DNA of 64,000 bases from an uncultured Pseudomonadota bacterium (GTDB lineage Bacteria; Pseudomonadota; Alphaproteobacteria; Rs-D84): contig CADARU010000002.1 of the NCBI GenBank assembly GCA_902790415.1, positions 62,974 to 126,973 of the forward strand, in the 5' to 3' direction. The notes under the pieces were generated by a model, which ran no database searches, was not told the origin of the DNA, and saw only the letters and a program-made list of their open reading frames with translations. This document shows positions 28,164 to 40,326 of the stretch, in pieces (the first letter of the stretch is position 1; each line of letters starts with the position of its first letter). A program made the position numbers and the translations under genes.

Positions 28164-28792
28164 CTATAGCTTTATCAAACCAATTTGTAATGATTTCCAT
28201 AAAACAACATCAATATATCCACGCGGAAGTCCGGTTTCATGAACCATGTGCGCAAACATATCATCACATGCGCGCCGCACTTCATCTGTCAAATCGTCCG
28301 GGCACCGGATTCCGGCGTACCGCGCGCCCAGGCGGCGAATCCAAATATCATATTTGACCACATCCACCCCCAAATTTCGCGCCAAATGATTCGCGGTTAT
28401 TTTTCCAATATGTGGCAATTTTGATAAATATTTCAACCGCGCATCATCGGTTTCACATTTATAGAACCCTTCACACAACGCGACACGATTTTTCCAAATT
28501 TTACAAATCGCATTTATTTTGTTTTTATTATGAAACATTTGAAACAACGCGTCAAAATCTGCCCCATTTTTGTAAATATAATCCATAATATTTTTGTGAA
28601 TACGTTTTGCGGTCTTTTGCGAAAACCCGCCCGCCAAAATTACATACGCCGCCATTTCGGCGAACGCGTCCGGCGCGAAAGTTCGCGGATGTGCCAACAT
28701 TTCACGAATTTCATCAAAAGATTGGGCGTCTGAATCCGCGCCCAAATCTTTTATTTTTTTCTCTAAATCAAAAAACCATTTTGCCGAAAACA

Positions 28793-28793
<1 letters not shown>
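28164..28793 (-). CDS. HhH-type DNA glycosylase-like protein
   Basis: Helix-hairpin-helix LPHIGKITANHLARNLG followed by VDVVKYDIW (position of the catalytic Asp in the HhH-GPD superfamily). Abuts ung with no gap. Confidence 0.45.
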
Positions 28794-31210
<2,417 letters not shown>

Positions 31211-31281
31211 TTATATTGCTAGCGTAACAATTTGTGTTACTATTGTAAAGAAAAAAGGCAAAAAAACAAAGGATTTTTATT

Positions 31282-31890
31282 ATGACACAAGTTATCACTT
31301 TACAGGATTTTTTAAGTCCCCAGCAATATGCGGAAAAACACAAAGAAGACCCAAAATTAGTCAAAAAAATCATGGAGATAGCACACAGACATGGTGTTTC
31401 TGCCATTATTTCTGCGACAAGAAGACCTGTTATAATTTTATATAGTGGCAAAAATAGAAAAAAAACTTGGTTGTTGCGTCCAGAAGCCGATGCCCAAAAA
31501 GTGTTTAACAAATTTTTCAAAACACAAAAGGGGGTGCTTATCGGCAAAAAAATCACTAACAATGTGGAAAAAAACGACCAAGACAATCTTAAAAAAGTCC
31601 AAGAAACGGTGGAATCACCAAAACACAAGAATATCAAAAACTGTCCGACAAATGGATGGGGAATTTATAAATTCACAGATTACTATTTCGGACAAACCGC
31701 GGAAGAACGTAAATTTGTCCGTAAAGCCATGGATTTTGCGTATGAAACTTCTGTCAAAATAACTATTTCTGACGAAGATTATAATATTGTATTTAAAAAT
31801 TCATCAAACGGTTTTCGCATACGACCAGAGGTTGCCGCACACAACAAATTATTAGAAATTGTTAAACAAATCAAAGCCAAGGAAATGTAA
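31282..31890 (+). CDS. hypothetical Lys-rich protein (202 aa)
   Basis: Intact ORF 2 nt upstream of the RusA-like gene. Basic central region. No recognisable motifs. Confidence 0.45.
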   Translation: MTQVITLQDFLSPQQYAEKHKEDPKLVKKIMEIAHRHGVSAIISATRRPVIILYSGKNRKKTWLLRPEADAQKVFNKFFKTQKGVLIGKKITNNVEKNDQDNLKKVQETVESPKHKNIKNCPTNGWGIYKFTDYYFGQTAEERKFVRKAMDFAYETSVKITISDEDYNIVFKNSSNGFRIRPEVAAHNKLLEIVKQIKAKEM

Positions 31891-31892
31891 AC

Positions 31893-32462
31893 ATGAAATT
31901 CAAACTGTTATATTTTGGTGATATTTTAATAAACCCAAAAAAACGCGCCCAACACATATCGGACATACGGATGCAATTTCATCCCCAATTAAAAAAGTTA
32001 TTGGAACACAGTCCATGGGACAATTTAACCCAATATATGCAACCAGGCGCGATTAAAAGCCCGATTACCACACGTCATGTTGGCGGGATAGATTGGAATC
32101 CAATTATTACACCAAAATTAAAGTTGATTGCGGAATTAGATATTCAAATGTTACACCCTGAAATCATCGGCGTGCCACGTTCAGATATAGATAACCGCAT
32201 AAAAACATTGTTTGATGGTCTGCGTTGTCCACAAAACGAACACGAAATTGGTCAAAATGTTCCGCGTGATATTGGACCAATTTACACATTACTGGACGAT
32301 GACCATTTAATCACAAAGATTTCTGTTAACACCAGCCACCTTTTAGGCACAGATATGTTCAATCAACAATTCAAAACCAGTCCTGATTGCGTGTTTTTAA
32401 TGATTGATGTTAATTTGCGTGTCGCCGAAGGCACATTAGAAAACTTGCCATTTATGGTGTAA
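31893..32462 (+). CDS. RusA-like (Holliday junction resolvase fold) protein, atypically long
   Basis: [29 protein letters not shown] (aa 82-110) matches the RusA core [34 protein letters not shown] (aa 133-140) matches WLDDAQV. An insertion of about 20 aa separates the two motifs. Confidence 0.45.
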   Translation: [189 protein letters not shown]

Positions 32463-32465
32463 AAA

Positions 32466-32492
32466 ACAGGTGCCGTTTGGCACCCGTTTTTT
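32466..32492 (+). terminator. intrinsic terminator after the RusA-like gene
   Basis: GGTGCC-GTTT-GGCACC followed by T6. Confidence 0.75.
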
Positions 32493-33507
32493 ATTTACTG
32501 TTTGGTTTGTTTAATATAGTACTTCTTAGTTCATCTAGATAACAATTTGTGTGTATCAACTTTTGTTCCAATTTTTCGTTTTCTTTTAATAATTTTTCTT
32601 TTTCGTGTGTCAGTTCTCTTACTTCATCCGCCAATTTTTTCTCACGCACGGACGCGGTTTCAGACAACATTTTTTTCAATCGTTCATTTTCGTACTGCAA
32701 ATTAACAATCGTTCTATTCTGTAGTTTTATTTCGTTGCTTAATTCTATAATCCTGGTCAAATTAGGCGACACAATATCATTTACCCCAGAATACAATTTT
32801 TTATAATATTCTTGTTCATAATTGCTGCTTGGTTGAATACCACATATATAACGAATATTTACAACAAGTTGAGAATCACGTGTTGCGAGTTTTGTTAATA
32901 TTTTGTTTATATTTTGAAACATGGTATCAAAATCTTTTTCCGAATAATCTGCGATTAAAACAAATCGTTTAATCTGTATTATCCAATTTGAAATTATTTC
33001 TTTAAAATTCATTACTTTTGTTATATTTTTATCCACCCAACGCGATAAATACAGGTTATAATCATCCAATCTGGCATACTTGTTATCCAACACAGACAAA
33101 TAAATTTTATCTTTTACGCCTTCGTTTTTTATTACCTTTGCAACCCATTTTAGCATGTTATATTTTACTTTTTCATCACTCAAAGACATTATCGCCAACA
33201 TCAGATTTTGCAAATCTTGTGCAACATTGTCATATAACGCCCCAAGCAACATCTTTAAATTTGAAAAAAACAAATTTTCAAATTTCCCCTTTTTATCGAC
33301 CGTATAATAATCGAAAATGTTTTTCACTAATTGTCTAATATTTGTGTCTTCTGTTTTTTCCATCAAAGCACCATAGGCGGTATAAAAACCACCATGTTTA
33401 ATAGAATCAAACAAAACTTTTAAACGATTTATATCGTTATAACTTGCCCCGGATAACGTGACAATCATTTCATTTAATCCCATATATAAATTTTTTTTCT
33501 GTTCCAT
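32491..33507 (-). CDS. hypothetical protein with C-terminal coiled coil (338 aa), last gene of the pilus-like operon
   Basis: Intact ORF 56 nt downstream of the GspF-like gene. The C-terminal ~80 aa is heptad-like (LQYENERLKKMLSE...LLKENEKLEQKL). Confidence 0.45.
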   Translation of the reverse strand: MEQKKNLYMGLNEMIVTLSGASYNDINRLKVLFDSIKHGGFYTAYGALMEKTEDTNIRQLVKNIFDYYTVDKKGKFENLFFSNLKMLLGALYDNVAQDLQNLMLAIMSLSDEKVKYNMLKWVAKVIKNEGVKDKIYLSVLDNKYARLDDYNLYLSRWVDKNITKVMNFKEIISNWIIQIKRFVLIADYSEKDFDTMFQNINKILTKLATRDSQLVVNIRYICGIQPSSNYEQEYYKKLYSGVNDIVSPNLTRIIELSNEIKLQNRTIVNLQYENERLKKMLSETASVREKKLADEVRELTHEKEKLLKENEKLEQKLIHTNCYLDELRSTILNKPNSK

Positions 33508-33563
33508 ATCATACCCTTATACGATTGAAACATAGTATAAACAAAAACAAATTATTGTCAAGT

Positions 33564-34634
33564 TTAAGATAAAATCGCGGTTATTTGGTCTTGCATTTGG
33601 AAAGTCCCCAGTACAATCCACGCAATTACGGCCGATATCAGCAAAATACCAATTGTATTTAGTGTACTGGACACAGATTCTATTTTTTTAACAGAATTTT
33701 CCAGGTATTCATTAGAAATCTGACTTAAATTGGCATCAAAATCGTTCATATCGGCATAAATAGTCAAATCGCCAATCAGTTCAGAATTTGGAAAATCCAT
33801 CCCTGTGTTATATAACGCGTTTCCTAAATTATCACCGTTTGCAATGTATCGCAATGTACGTTCCAAAATATCACGCAGATAAGGATTCGAATTATCCGCC
33901 AACATACGCATTGCATCAGGTATCGTTATACCAGATGCAACCATCGCAGATAAAGACATCATCCAACTGACCGACAGTTTTAACTTATAAATATTCCATG
34001 GCACAATATTATCAAAAATACTGCGCACACGCCCGCGCCAACGCGGCAAAGACCACCAACACAAAATCCCCAGAACAACAAAAGAAATTGCCAAAACCTG
34101 CCAATATTTATATGCAACGTCTGCAACCCAAATCAAAGATGCGGCCCAACCCTGCCATACCATATTTGGTCCGGCAACTTCGGCCAAAGGCGGTATCAAA
34201 TACAATCCGACCATAACAATTATTGCAAACACCAAAACCACCAATAACAACGGATATGCAATCGCACCAAATACCGCGTCACGGATTCTTTTGTTTGCCG
34301 AAACAATACGTCCGACATTTTCCAATGCGACAACCAAACTGGAAATATTTCCCGATGTTAGCAACAGTGTTTCTTCGGCCGGAATCCACCCGCGCGTAAC
34401 TTCTGAAAAACTTTTACCGCGTTCCAAATCTTGTTCCCATTGGCGCATGCATATTGCAAAGGGCTCGTTTGGTTTTTGACCGCCCTTGGATTCAATCATT
34501 TGAATTCTATTTAGGGCATTTACCAACGTAAAATCGTTTTTCAGCAACGAAATCAGTTTTCGCCAAATTGCGATACGTTTATTTGTACTAAACCTGCATA
34601 CAGCTTTGGCATACAATAATTCAAGTTTATTCAT
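33564..34634 (-). CDS. type II secretion / type IV pilus platform protein (GspF/PilC; R64 PilR-like)
   Basis: 356 aa. Two T2SSF-like repeats with three TM segments. 1 nt after the ATPase gene. Confidence 0.75.
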   Translation of the reverse strand: MNKLELLYAKAVCRFSTNKRIAIWRKLISLLKNDFTLVNALNRIQMIESKGGQKPNEPFAICMRQWEQDLERGKSFSEVTRGWIPAEETLLLTSGNISSLVVALENVGRIVSANKRIRDAVFGAIAYPLLLVVLVFAIIVMVGLYLIPPLAEVAGPNMVWQGWAASLIWVADVAYKYWQVLAISFVVLGILCWWSLPRWRGRVRSIFDNIVPWNIYKLKLSVSWMMSLSAMVASGITIPDAMRMLADNSNPYLRDILERTLRYIANGDNLGNALYNTGMDFPNSELIGDLTIYADMNDFDANLSQISNEYLENSVKKIESVSSTLNTIGILLISAVIAWIVLGTFQMQDQITAILS

Positions 34635-34635
34635 A

Positions 34636-36258
34636 CTAATAAACCCCCGGTCTGTCTAATAACCCGACCCAACGTTCTAATTCATCAACCCCGATAATAC
34701 CCTGTAACATTAAGGCACAGGCGGCCTCTTTTAACGTGCGACCATCCATTTCTTCCAACCAGTATTTTACCGCACCTTCTGTATTTCCGGACAACGCCAG
34801 TTGTAAAAATTCACTGTTTGTTATAATTATTTCGCCGGCCTTGATACGTCCCATGGTGCCACTGCCACCACAGTGTTCACACCCATGTCCACGAACAAAA
34901 ACCTGGTTTAATCCCAAATCACCAAAGGCATCATGAACACGACCGTATTCCGGATATTCCGGGTGATTTATCAACTTTTCACGACAATGTGGGCACAAAC
35001 GTTTAAACAACCGCATAGAAACAAGCCCACGCATCATTGTTTCTTCTTTTAACTTAAATGCCTCTACCCCCATGTCCAACAAACGAACCAATGCCGCCAT
35101 CGCAGAATTTGCGTGCAACGTTGTCCAAACATTATGCCCAGACAACGCGCCTTTGACGGTTAATTGCGCCGCCGCCAACGTACGAATTTCACCAACCATC
35201 AGTGTATCAGGGTCGCTGCGCAGTGCGGCCGCCAATGCTTCGGTATATTCGTTTTCACGTTGTTCTTCGTTCATGGTATTCACAACCGGTATTTGATGTG
35301 CACCGAATATTTTCTGTTCAACCGGGTCTTCAACCGTAATCAAATTTATTTCATAGTGATGTTCTTTTAACATTAGAACCATATTGCGAACCAACGTTGT
35401 AGATTTTCCAGAACTGGTTGGACCGGCGACAACAACCAACCCGGTTGGAAACGAACGTAATCGTTGCAGCAACAGTTGTTCATATTCACCGAATTCTTGT
35501 TCGGTTTTTATATTTTCTGATGGATTATCATATAACAATCGCATAACGACATAACGACTGCCGAATGCGATTGGCATAAATTGCATTCTGATACTCTGTA
35601 CCCCATGTGGCAAATATAAATCTTTTGTTCCACGTAACGGTGTACGACCATCTTTCTGGGCGGTCTGGTATTCATTTTGTGCATAGTTCGCATTTGATAT
35701 ATCGGCCGAAGCAAATGCCGCGCGAACAAAAGATTCCCCCCAACCAGAATTAAATTCTAAAACAGGTTGCATACTGCCATCTATACGAAAGAAAATAGTT
35801 GTTTGATCGGCAACTTCGATATGAATATCAGAAACCTTTTGTGCGGCGGCTTTGGCGATAATATCGACAAAATCTTTCTGCATTTGGTTATCATAATCCA
35901 AGCGAACTTTGGTACCACCAACCTTGTTTTCATAAAATTTATAAATTCCTGAAACCAACCCTAAATCAGAATAAAACGGGGTTTTAACAGGCCGACCTTT
36001 GCGTTTCAATAAATCAATAAACGCCAAAACACGACCGTCATAGCGATGTGTACGCGAAATAATAATACACCCACCCTGAAAGTAAGCAATCAACCCACGT
36101 GTTTCTTGTGGTAATTCAAATTCCCCACCCGGTGCCGTTAACAACCGATTATTTTCGGCAAACAAATATTCAATAATCTCGTTATTATCGGCATGTTCCA
36201 ACCGCACCGGCACAGACGGTGTTTGTGTATCAGAAAACATAGTGTTTTTTTCAACCAT
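34636..36258 (-). CDS. GspE/PilB-family secretion ATPase (R64 PilQ-like)
   Basis: Walker A GPTSSGKST, Asp box ITVEDPVE, Walker B DTLMVGEIR, His box TLHANSA, and a tetra-Cys motif CPHC...CEHCGGSG. Confidence 0.9.
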   Translation of the reverse strand: MVEKNTMFSDTQTPSVPVRLEHADNNEIIEYLFAENNRLLTAPGGEFELPQETRGLIAYFQGGCIIISRTHRYDGRVLAFIDLLKRKGRPVKTPFYSDLGLVSGIYKFYENKVGGTKVRLDYDNQMQKDFVDIIAKAAAQKVSDIHIEVADQTTIFFRIDGSMQPVLEFNSGWGESFVRAAFASADISNANYAQNEYQTAQKDGRTPLRGTKDLYLPHGVQSIRMQFMPIAFGSRYVVMRLLYDNPSENIKTEQEFGEYEQLLLQRLRSFPTGLVVVAGPTSSGKSTTLVRNMVLMLKEHHYEINLITVEDPVEQKIFGAHQIPVVNTMNEEQRENEYTEALAAALRSDPDTLMVGEIRTLAAAQLTVKGALSGHNVWTTLHANSAMAALVRLLDMGVEAFKLKEETMMRGLVSMRLFKRLCPHCREKLINHPEYPEYGRVHDAFGDLGLNQVFVRGHGCEHCGGSGTMGRIKAGEIIITNSEFLQLALSGNTEGAVKYWLEEMDGRTLKEAACALMLQGIIGVDELERWVGLLDRPGVY

Positions 36259-36259
36259 T

Positions 36260-36913
36260 TTACTTTCTTGCTTCTATGTTTAATGTTGTGGTTTCAGACC
36301 CCTTGACGAAAACAACACCTTCATCCAAAGATATGGATTTTACGGTATAACCATCTATTTTTTTACCAACACTGACACGTTTATTTTGTCCGGTTGTTGT
36401 ATCTTGGATTGTTGCCTGTAATTGTGTTCCGGCACCAATAACATTTACCAATTTATATTTACCATCAAAGGCAACATCTTGTTTTTTTGCCGGCACAGAT
36501 TCTTTGACAACGGCGATATCTTCCTGGTTTTCTAATGCTTCTTTTTGTGCCTCTAAACGTTTGGCCTCGGCTTCTAATCGTGCGCGTTCATTATCAAATT
36601 CTTGCTGTTGTTGTTCGGCGCGTCCTGACAAGTTATCTATTTCCATACTTAACTTGATTTTTTCTGCGGCCAACCTGTCCAAATCCAGGTTTAATTGCGC
36701 GCGTTCTTTTTCCAACTGCATCAAGATTTTTTCTTGTTCCAAATCTGTGATTTGTTGAAACAAAGAACCCTCAACCTGATAATCATCTATGGCCTGGGAC
36801 GAAACTTCTTCGCCGACACTAATTTGTTCTTCTATATCAACTTCTTCTGCAAAAGCAGTACCCACGAACAAAACACCAACCAATATGGCAAAAAATTTAA
36901 ATTTACTTTGCAT
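36260..36913 (-). CDS. PilP-like pilus biogenesis protein (signal peptide + coiled coil + C-terminal beta domain)
   Basis: Signal peptide. Gln/Glu-rich coiled coil. C-terminal YKLVNVIGAGTQLQATIQDTTTGQNKRVSVGKKIDGYTVKSISLDEGVVF resembles the type IVb PilP / GspC HR domain. Confidence 0.45.
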   Translation of the reverse strand: MQSKFKFFAILVGVLFVGTAFAEEVDIEEQISVGEEVSSQAIDDYQVEGSLFQQITDLEQEKILMQLEKERAQLNLDLDRLAAEKIKLSMEIDNLSGRAEQQQQEFDNERARLEAEAKRLEAQKEALENQEDIAVVKESVPAKKQDVAFDGKYKLVNVIGAGTQLQATIQDTTTGQNKRVSVGKKIDGYTVKSISLDEGVVFVKGSETTTLNIEARK

Positions 36914-38042
36914 AAATAATCACCTCATAGTTCCAAATTTTTCTGTTTGAATTCCACGAAACTTTTGTCATATAAACACCGTCAAAGCCGTTAAATATTT
37001 CTAAAAATTCGCGCGGTATCAGTTTAGATTCCGCCGACACTTCGACCAAATACAAATCTGCGCGTGGAACCGCATCCAGTGTTGGTAGTTTTGCCTGGAC
37101 ATTTATTTCATTATCAGACAATTCTTGAACAACCGCACCCGGTAATTTTTCCGCCGCAACAGAATAAAAATTGTCCAATGTTCCAAAAGAACGAATAAAT
37201 CTGGCATTAACATGCGTTTCGCCACAACTAACATCTATCTGGTTCCAACCGGTAATAGGTTGCATTAAAAACGCGATTGCCTTGTAACAATTTTCTGCAC
37301 GCATAATACTATCTGGTAATAAATCATAAGGCATAACCAATGGTTCTGGTTCTTGATTTATATCAAATTCCGCATCCAGTTCTTTATTTTTTTCTTCTAT
37401 TTGACGTTTATATTCTTCCGCTATTTTTGGGTCTATTTTTGAAATTTGTGGTTTTGGTGCAAACATCTGATTCAACGGTTCACGAAACAGATACAACAAC
37501 ACAAACGCAAACAATATAAATGTCAGCAATGATAATACACCCGAACCAAATCGACTAATTGGGCGCAAAACCCCGTGCGCCGTTGTTGAAATCAAATCGG
37601 ACAGATTTTTTTCAACCGCACGTGGCATACCCCACATTGCCGGTGCAATTAAAATATTCCAATCAGGTATTTCAGATAATTCGGAATACTTAGCGCGTGC
37701 AACAACCTCGCTATCAAATAAAGAATCTTGCAAAATTATTCCGTTTCTGGCCGCAACTAAAACAAATTTATTTTCCACAGAAAACACCGCCAAAAAAGAC
37801 GAATATTCTGATAACGCGGTCATAACTTCCAATGCGATTGATGGCATTGACGAACGTGCGCCACGTGAACGCGCGCCCAAACCAACCAATGAACGATACC
37901 CGACATACATGTTTAATTTTCTGTCGATACTGCGGGCCAATTTGTATGCGTATGCACGCACCGTATAACCAGAAACCATCGGTTGCCAAACCAGACCAAC
38001 CGCATATTTTTTTCTATTAATTTGTATGTATTGTCCTGCCAA
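36903..38042 (-). CDS. bitopic inner-membrane assembly protein (type IVb PilO-like)
   Basis: TTG start. N-terminal KKYAVGLVWQP motif, a single central TM (VLSLLTFILFAFVLLYLF) and a periplasmic C-domain. Overlaps the next gene by 11 nt. Confidence 0.35.
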   Translation of the reverse strand: MAGQYIQINRKKYAVGLVWQPMVSGYTVRAYAYKLARSIDRKLNMYVGYRSLVGLGARSRGARSSMPSIALEVMTALSEYSSFLAVFSVENKFVLVAARNGIILQDSLFDSEVVARAKYSELSEIPDWNILIAPAMWGMPRAVEKNLSDLISTTAHGVLRPISRFGSGVLSLLTFILFAFVLLYLFREPLNQMFAPKPQISKIDPKIAEEYKRQIEEKNKELDAEFDINQEPEPLVMPYDLLPDSIMRAENCYKAIAFLMQPITGWNQIDVSCGETHVNARFIRSFGTLDNFYSVAAEKLPGAVVQELSDNEINVQAKLPTLDAVPRADLYLVEVSAESKLIPREFLEIFNGFDGVYMTKVSWNSNRKIWNYEVIIYAK

Positions 38043-38068
38043 AATCTCTCTCTGTTTTTCTGTTTTAA

Positions 38069-38077
38069 ATTATAGCA
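38069..38077 (-). promoter_or_regulatory. extended -10 element (TGCTATAAT) upstream of the pilus-like operon
   Basis: The minus strand reads TTATGCTATAATTT about 27 nt upstream of the TTG start. No good -35. Confidence 0.4.
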
Positions 38078-38101
38078 TAAAAATATTTAATCGCGCCACA
38101 A

Positions 38102-38128
38102 CAAAAAACCGTTATTTTCATAACGGTT
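38102..38128 (-). terminator. intrinsic terminator after the small lipoprotein gene
   Basis: AACCGTTAT-GAAA-ATAACGGTT followed by T6 on the minus strand. It separates the lpxC unit from the pilus-like operon. Confidence 0.7.
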
Positions 38129-38156
38129 TAATAGAACAAAAATCATATTTTCAATG

Positions 38157-38486
38157 TTATAAATTTGGACAGTTATAAACCCGAACATCAAAAACAAACG
38201 AACGTTCTGGCCCGAACATTGTCCAATCGTTTTGCACCGTTGATTGTTTTTCAACCCAATACGCATTTGCACCTGTTGCGCGTTCCACAATATTGTTTTC
38301 CAGATACCTGTACGCATCCGCAATTTCATAATAAGATGCCGTTGTCTGCATTTTATAGAGCATTTTGCACCCCACCGGTTCTACATCAAGACGTACCAGA
38401 TTTTCACTGCCCCCTTGATTTTTAACGTAACCACCGCACCCGGCCAAGGCAAACGCAATCAAACCTAATTTTATATATTTTTTCAT
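38157..38486 (-). CDS. small lipoprotein (possibly DUF4156-like)
   Basis: Signal peptide and lipobox ALAGC. Conserved-looking TGANAYWV and a C-terminal YNCP. The start overlaps the lpxC stop (TAATG). Confidence 0.5.
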   Translation of the reverse strand: MKKYIKLGLIAFALAGCGGYVKNQGGSENLVRLDVEPVGCKMLYKMQTTASYYEIADAYRYLENNIVERATGANAYWVEKQSTVQNDWTMFGPERSFVFDVRVYNCPNL

Positions 38487-39427
38487 TATTTTCCTTCCTT
38501 TATTTCATAGTTATCTGGATTACTAAATAATTTTATCAACACCAGATTATTTAATGCATGACTGCCCTTGTATGAATCTAGGTTACCGACAACAAATCCG
38601 CCGGATGTAAACATATCACCAAGTGCATCTATGATTTTGTGCCGCACAAATTCATCAGGCCAAAAAACACAATTCAATGTTCCATCCCCACGATTATTTA
38701 ACGCAATAACATTTGTTTCATCGGCACCACGTCCCATACCATGCGCCTTTAAGTATTCCCATTCTGAATATTTACCAAACGTGCGTGCACGCGCAACGTT
38801 TTTTATAAAATTTGTTTCTGATTTTTTTGTGCCATCATAAGAATATTCATAGGTTTGGCGACCTATGATTTTTTCTTTGTACACCAATGTTGCACATATA
38901 TTTAATTTGCTGTTTTCTGATGGTGATAATCTTACAAAACCGTCAGACTTGCGCCCAGAAAGCAAATTCATAATAAAAATTTGAAATCTGACTTTAAAAG
39001 GCAACTGCCGTATAATATCACGCGCCCGAACAATAACCGGCCTTTTTACAATAATTTGTTTTAATTTGCCCGCTGTTACCCCTGCATTTATCAAAGCATT
39101 ATAAAATTGGACCGCACTGCCATCTAAAATCGGTGTTTCTGGGCCATCTATATCTATGACCGCACTGTCAATTTTTGCCATGAACAGGGCCGCCATCAGG
39201 TGTTCTATTGTTTGTACATGTGCGCCATCTTTATTACCGATTGTTGTGTTACGCATTTTCGTATCACCAACATTATCAAATGTTGCCGGAATTAAATCCT
39301 TTTTATCTAAATCTGTTCTGCGGAAAAATATTCCTGGTTTTTTACTGGGTCTAATAACTATATTAACCGGCAGACCCGAATGAATCCCACGTCCTGATAA
39401 TTTAACAATCTTTTTTAATGTCGGCAT
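38486..39427 (-). CDS. lpxC: UDP-3-O-acyl-N-acetylglucosamine deacetylase
   Basis: N-terminus GRGIHSGLPVNIVIRP, plus HLMAAL and FVRHKIIDALGD motifs. Confidence 0.93.
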   Translation of the reverse strand: MPTLKKIVKLSGRGIHSGLPVNIVIRPSKKPGIFFRRTDLDKKDLIPATFDNVGDTKMRNTTIGNKDGAHVQTIEHLMAALFMAKIDSAVIDIDGPETPILDGSAVQFYNALINAGVTAGKLKQIIVKRPVIVRARDIIRQLPFKVRFQIFIMNLLSGRKSDGFVRLSPSENSKLNICATLVYKEKIIGRQTYEYSYDGTKKSETNFIKNVARARTFGKYSEWEYLKAHGMGRGADETNVIALNNRGDGTLNCVFWPDEFVRHKIIDALGDMFTSGGFVVGNLDSYKGSHALNNLVLIKLFSNPDNYEIKEGK

Positions 39428-40325
39428 TTATTTTCTCCTTTAACCAAACAAAGAACGCATTGTCTATATTGGTTTCCAATCTGGCAAATTTAATTTGTTT
39501 TTGAATATCTGGTGATAAACGCATCCAATCTTTTTCTGTTGTAACTAACTTGGCTTTTTTCTTATCTGCGATTTTTATTAAATCAGAAATATCTTTATCG
39601 GTATATTGATAATGGTCCGGAAAGGCGCGATGTGCCACCACGTTTTTTAATGCACCAAAGAATTTTTTTGGAAAACCTATACCGGCAAAGGCAACAATCT
39701 TTGTTATGTTTGGATATGGCGACAAGGTTTTATTTTCCGCGTAAAACACCGGAATACCGGCAGGCAATTTCATTTTTTTTCTTGCGTGTTTACTTTTTAT
39801 AATAATTATTGCATCTGCGCGTTTTATGTGTGATTTTGGTTCACGCAAAGGTCCGGCAGGCAACAAAAAAACATTACCTAGCCCAACAGATTCATCAAAA
39901 ACCAAAACAGAAATATCTTTGTGTATTAACGGATTTTGTAAACCATCATCCATAACAATCGGTGTATCACAAGATTGTCTGTCTAATAACATAATATTAC
40001 TTTTTCTGTCGCCGACATGCACCGCAATACCATCAGATGCCAACATCATCGCTTCATCACCAACATTACCGGTCTTGGATGTTTTTTTATACCCACGCAT
40101 AACCACCGGCGCATCTAAAACGTGCGCAACCTGGCGTACAATCGGGGTTTTCCCGACACCACCGGCCAAAATTCCACCAAAACAGATAACCTTGCGTCGT
40201 GATTTATAGGCAAACATCTTTCGCCACACAAATACGCACCTGGAAATAAAGTAATAAATCAATGCCACCGGCAATAATAAAAAAGCCAACGGAGTTTTAT
40301 GTAAAAACCACCAAGGTGTCTTCAT
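39402..40325 (-). CDS. lpxK: tetraacyldisaccharide 4'-kinase
   Basis: P-loop GGILAGGVGKTP after an N-terminal TM helix; about 300 aa. Overlaps lpxC by 26 nt. Confidence 0.88.
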   Translation of the reverse strand: MKTPWWFLHKTPLAFLLLPVALIYYFISRCVFVWRKMFAYKSRRKVICFGGILAGGVGKTPIVRQVAHVLDAPVVMRGYKKTSKTGNVGDEAMMLASDGIAVHVGDRKSNIMLLDRQSCDTPIVMDDGLQNPLIHKDISVLVFDESVGLGNVFLLPAGPLREPKSHIKRADAIIIIKSKHARKKMKLPAGIPVFYAENKTLSPYPNITKIVAFAGIGFPKKFFGALKNVVAHRAFPDHYQYTDKDISDLIKIADKKKAKLVTTEKDWMRLSPDIQKQIKFARLETNIDNAFFVWLKEKINADIKKDC

Positions 40326-40326
40326 A

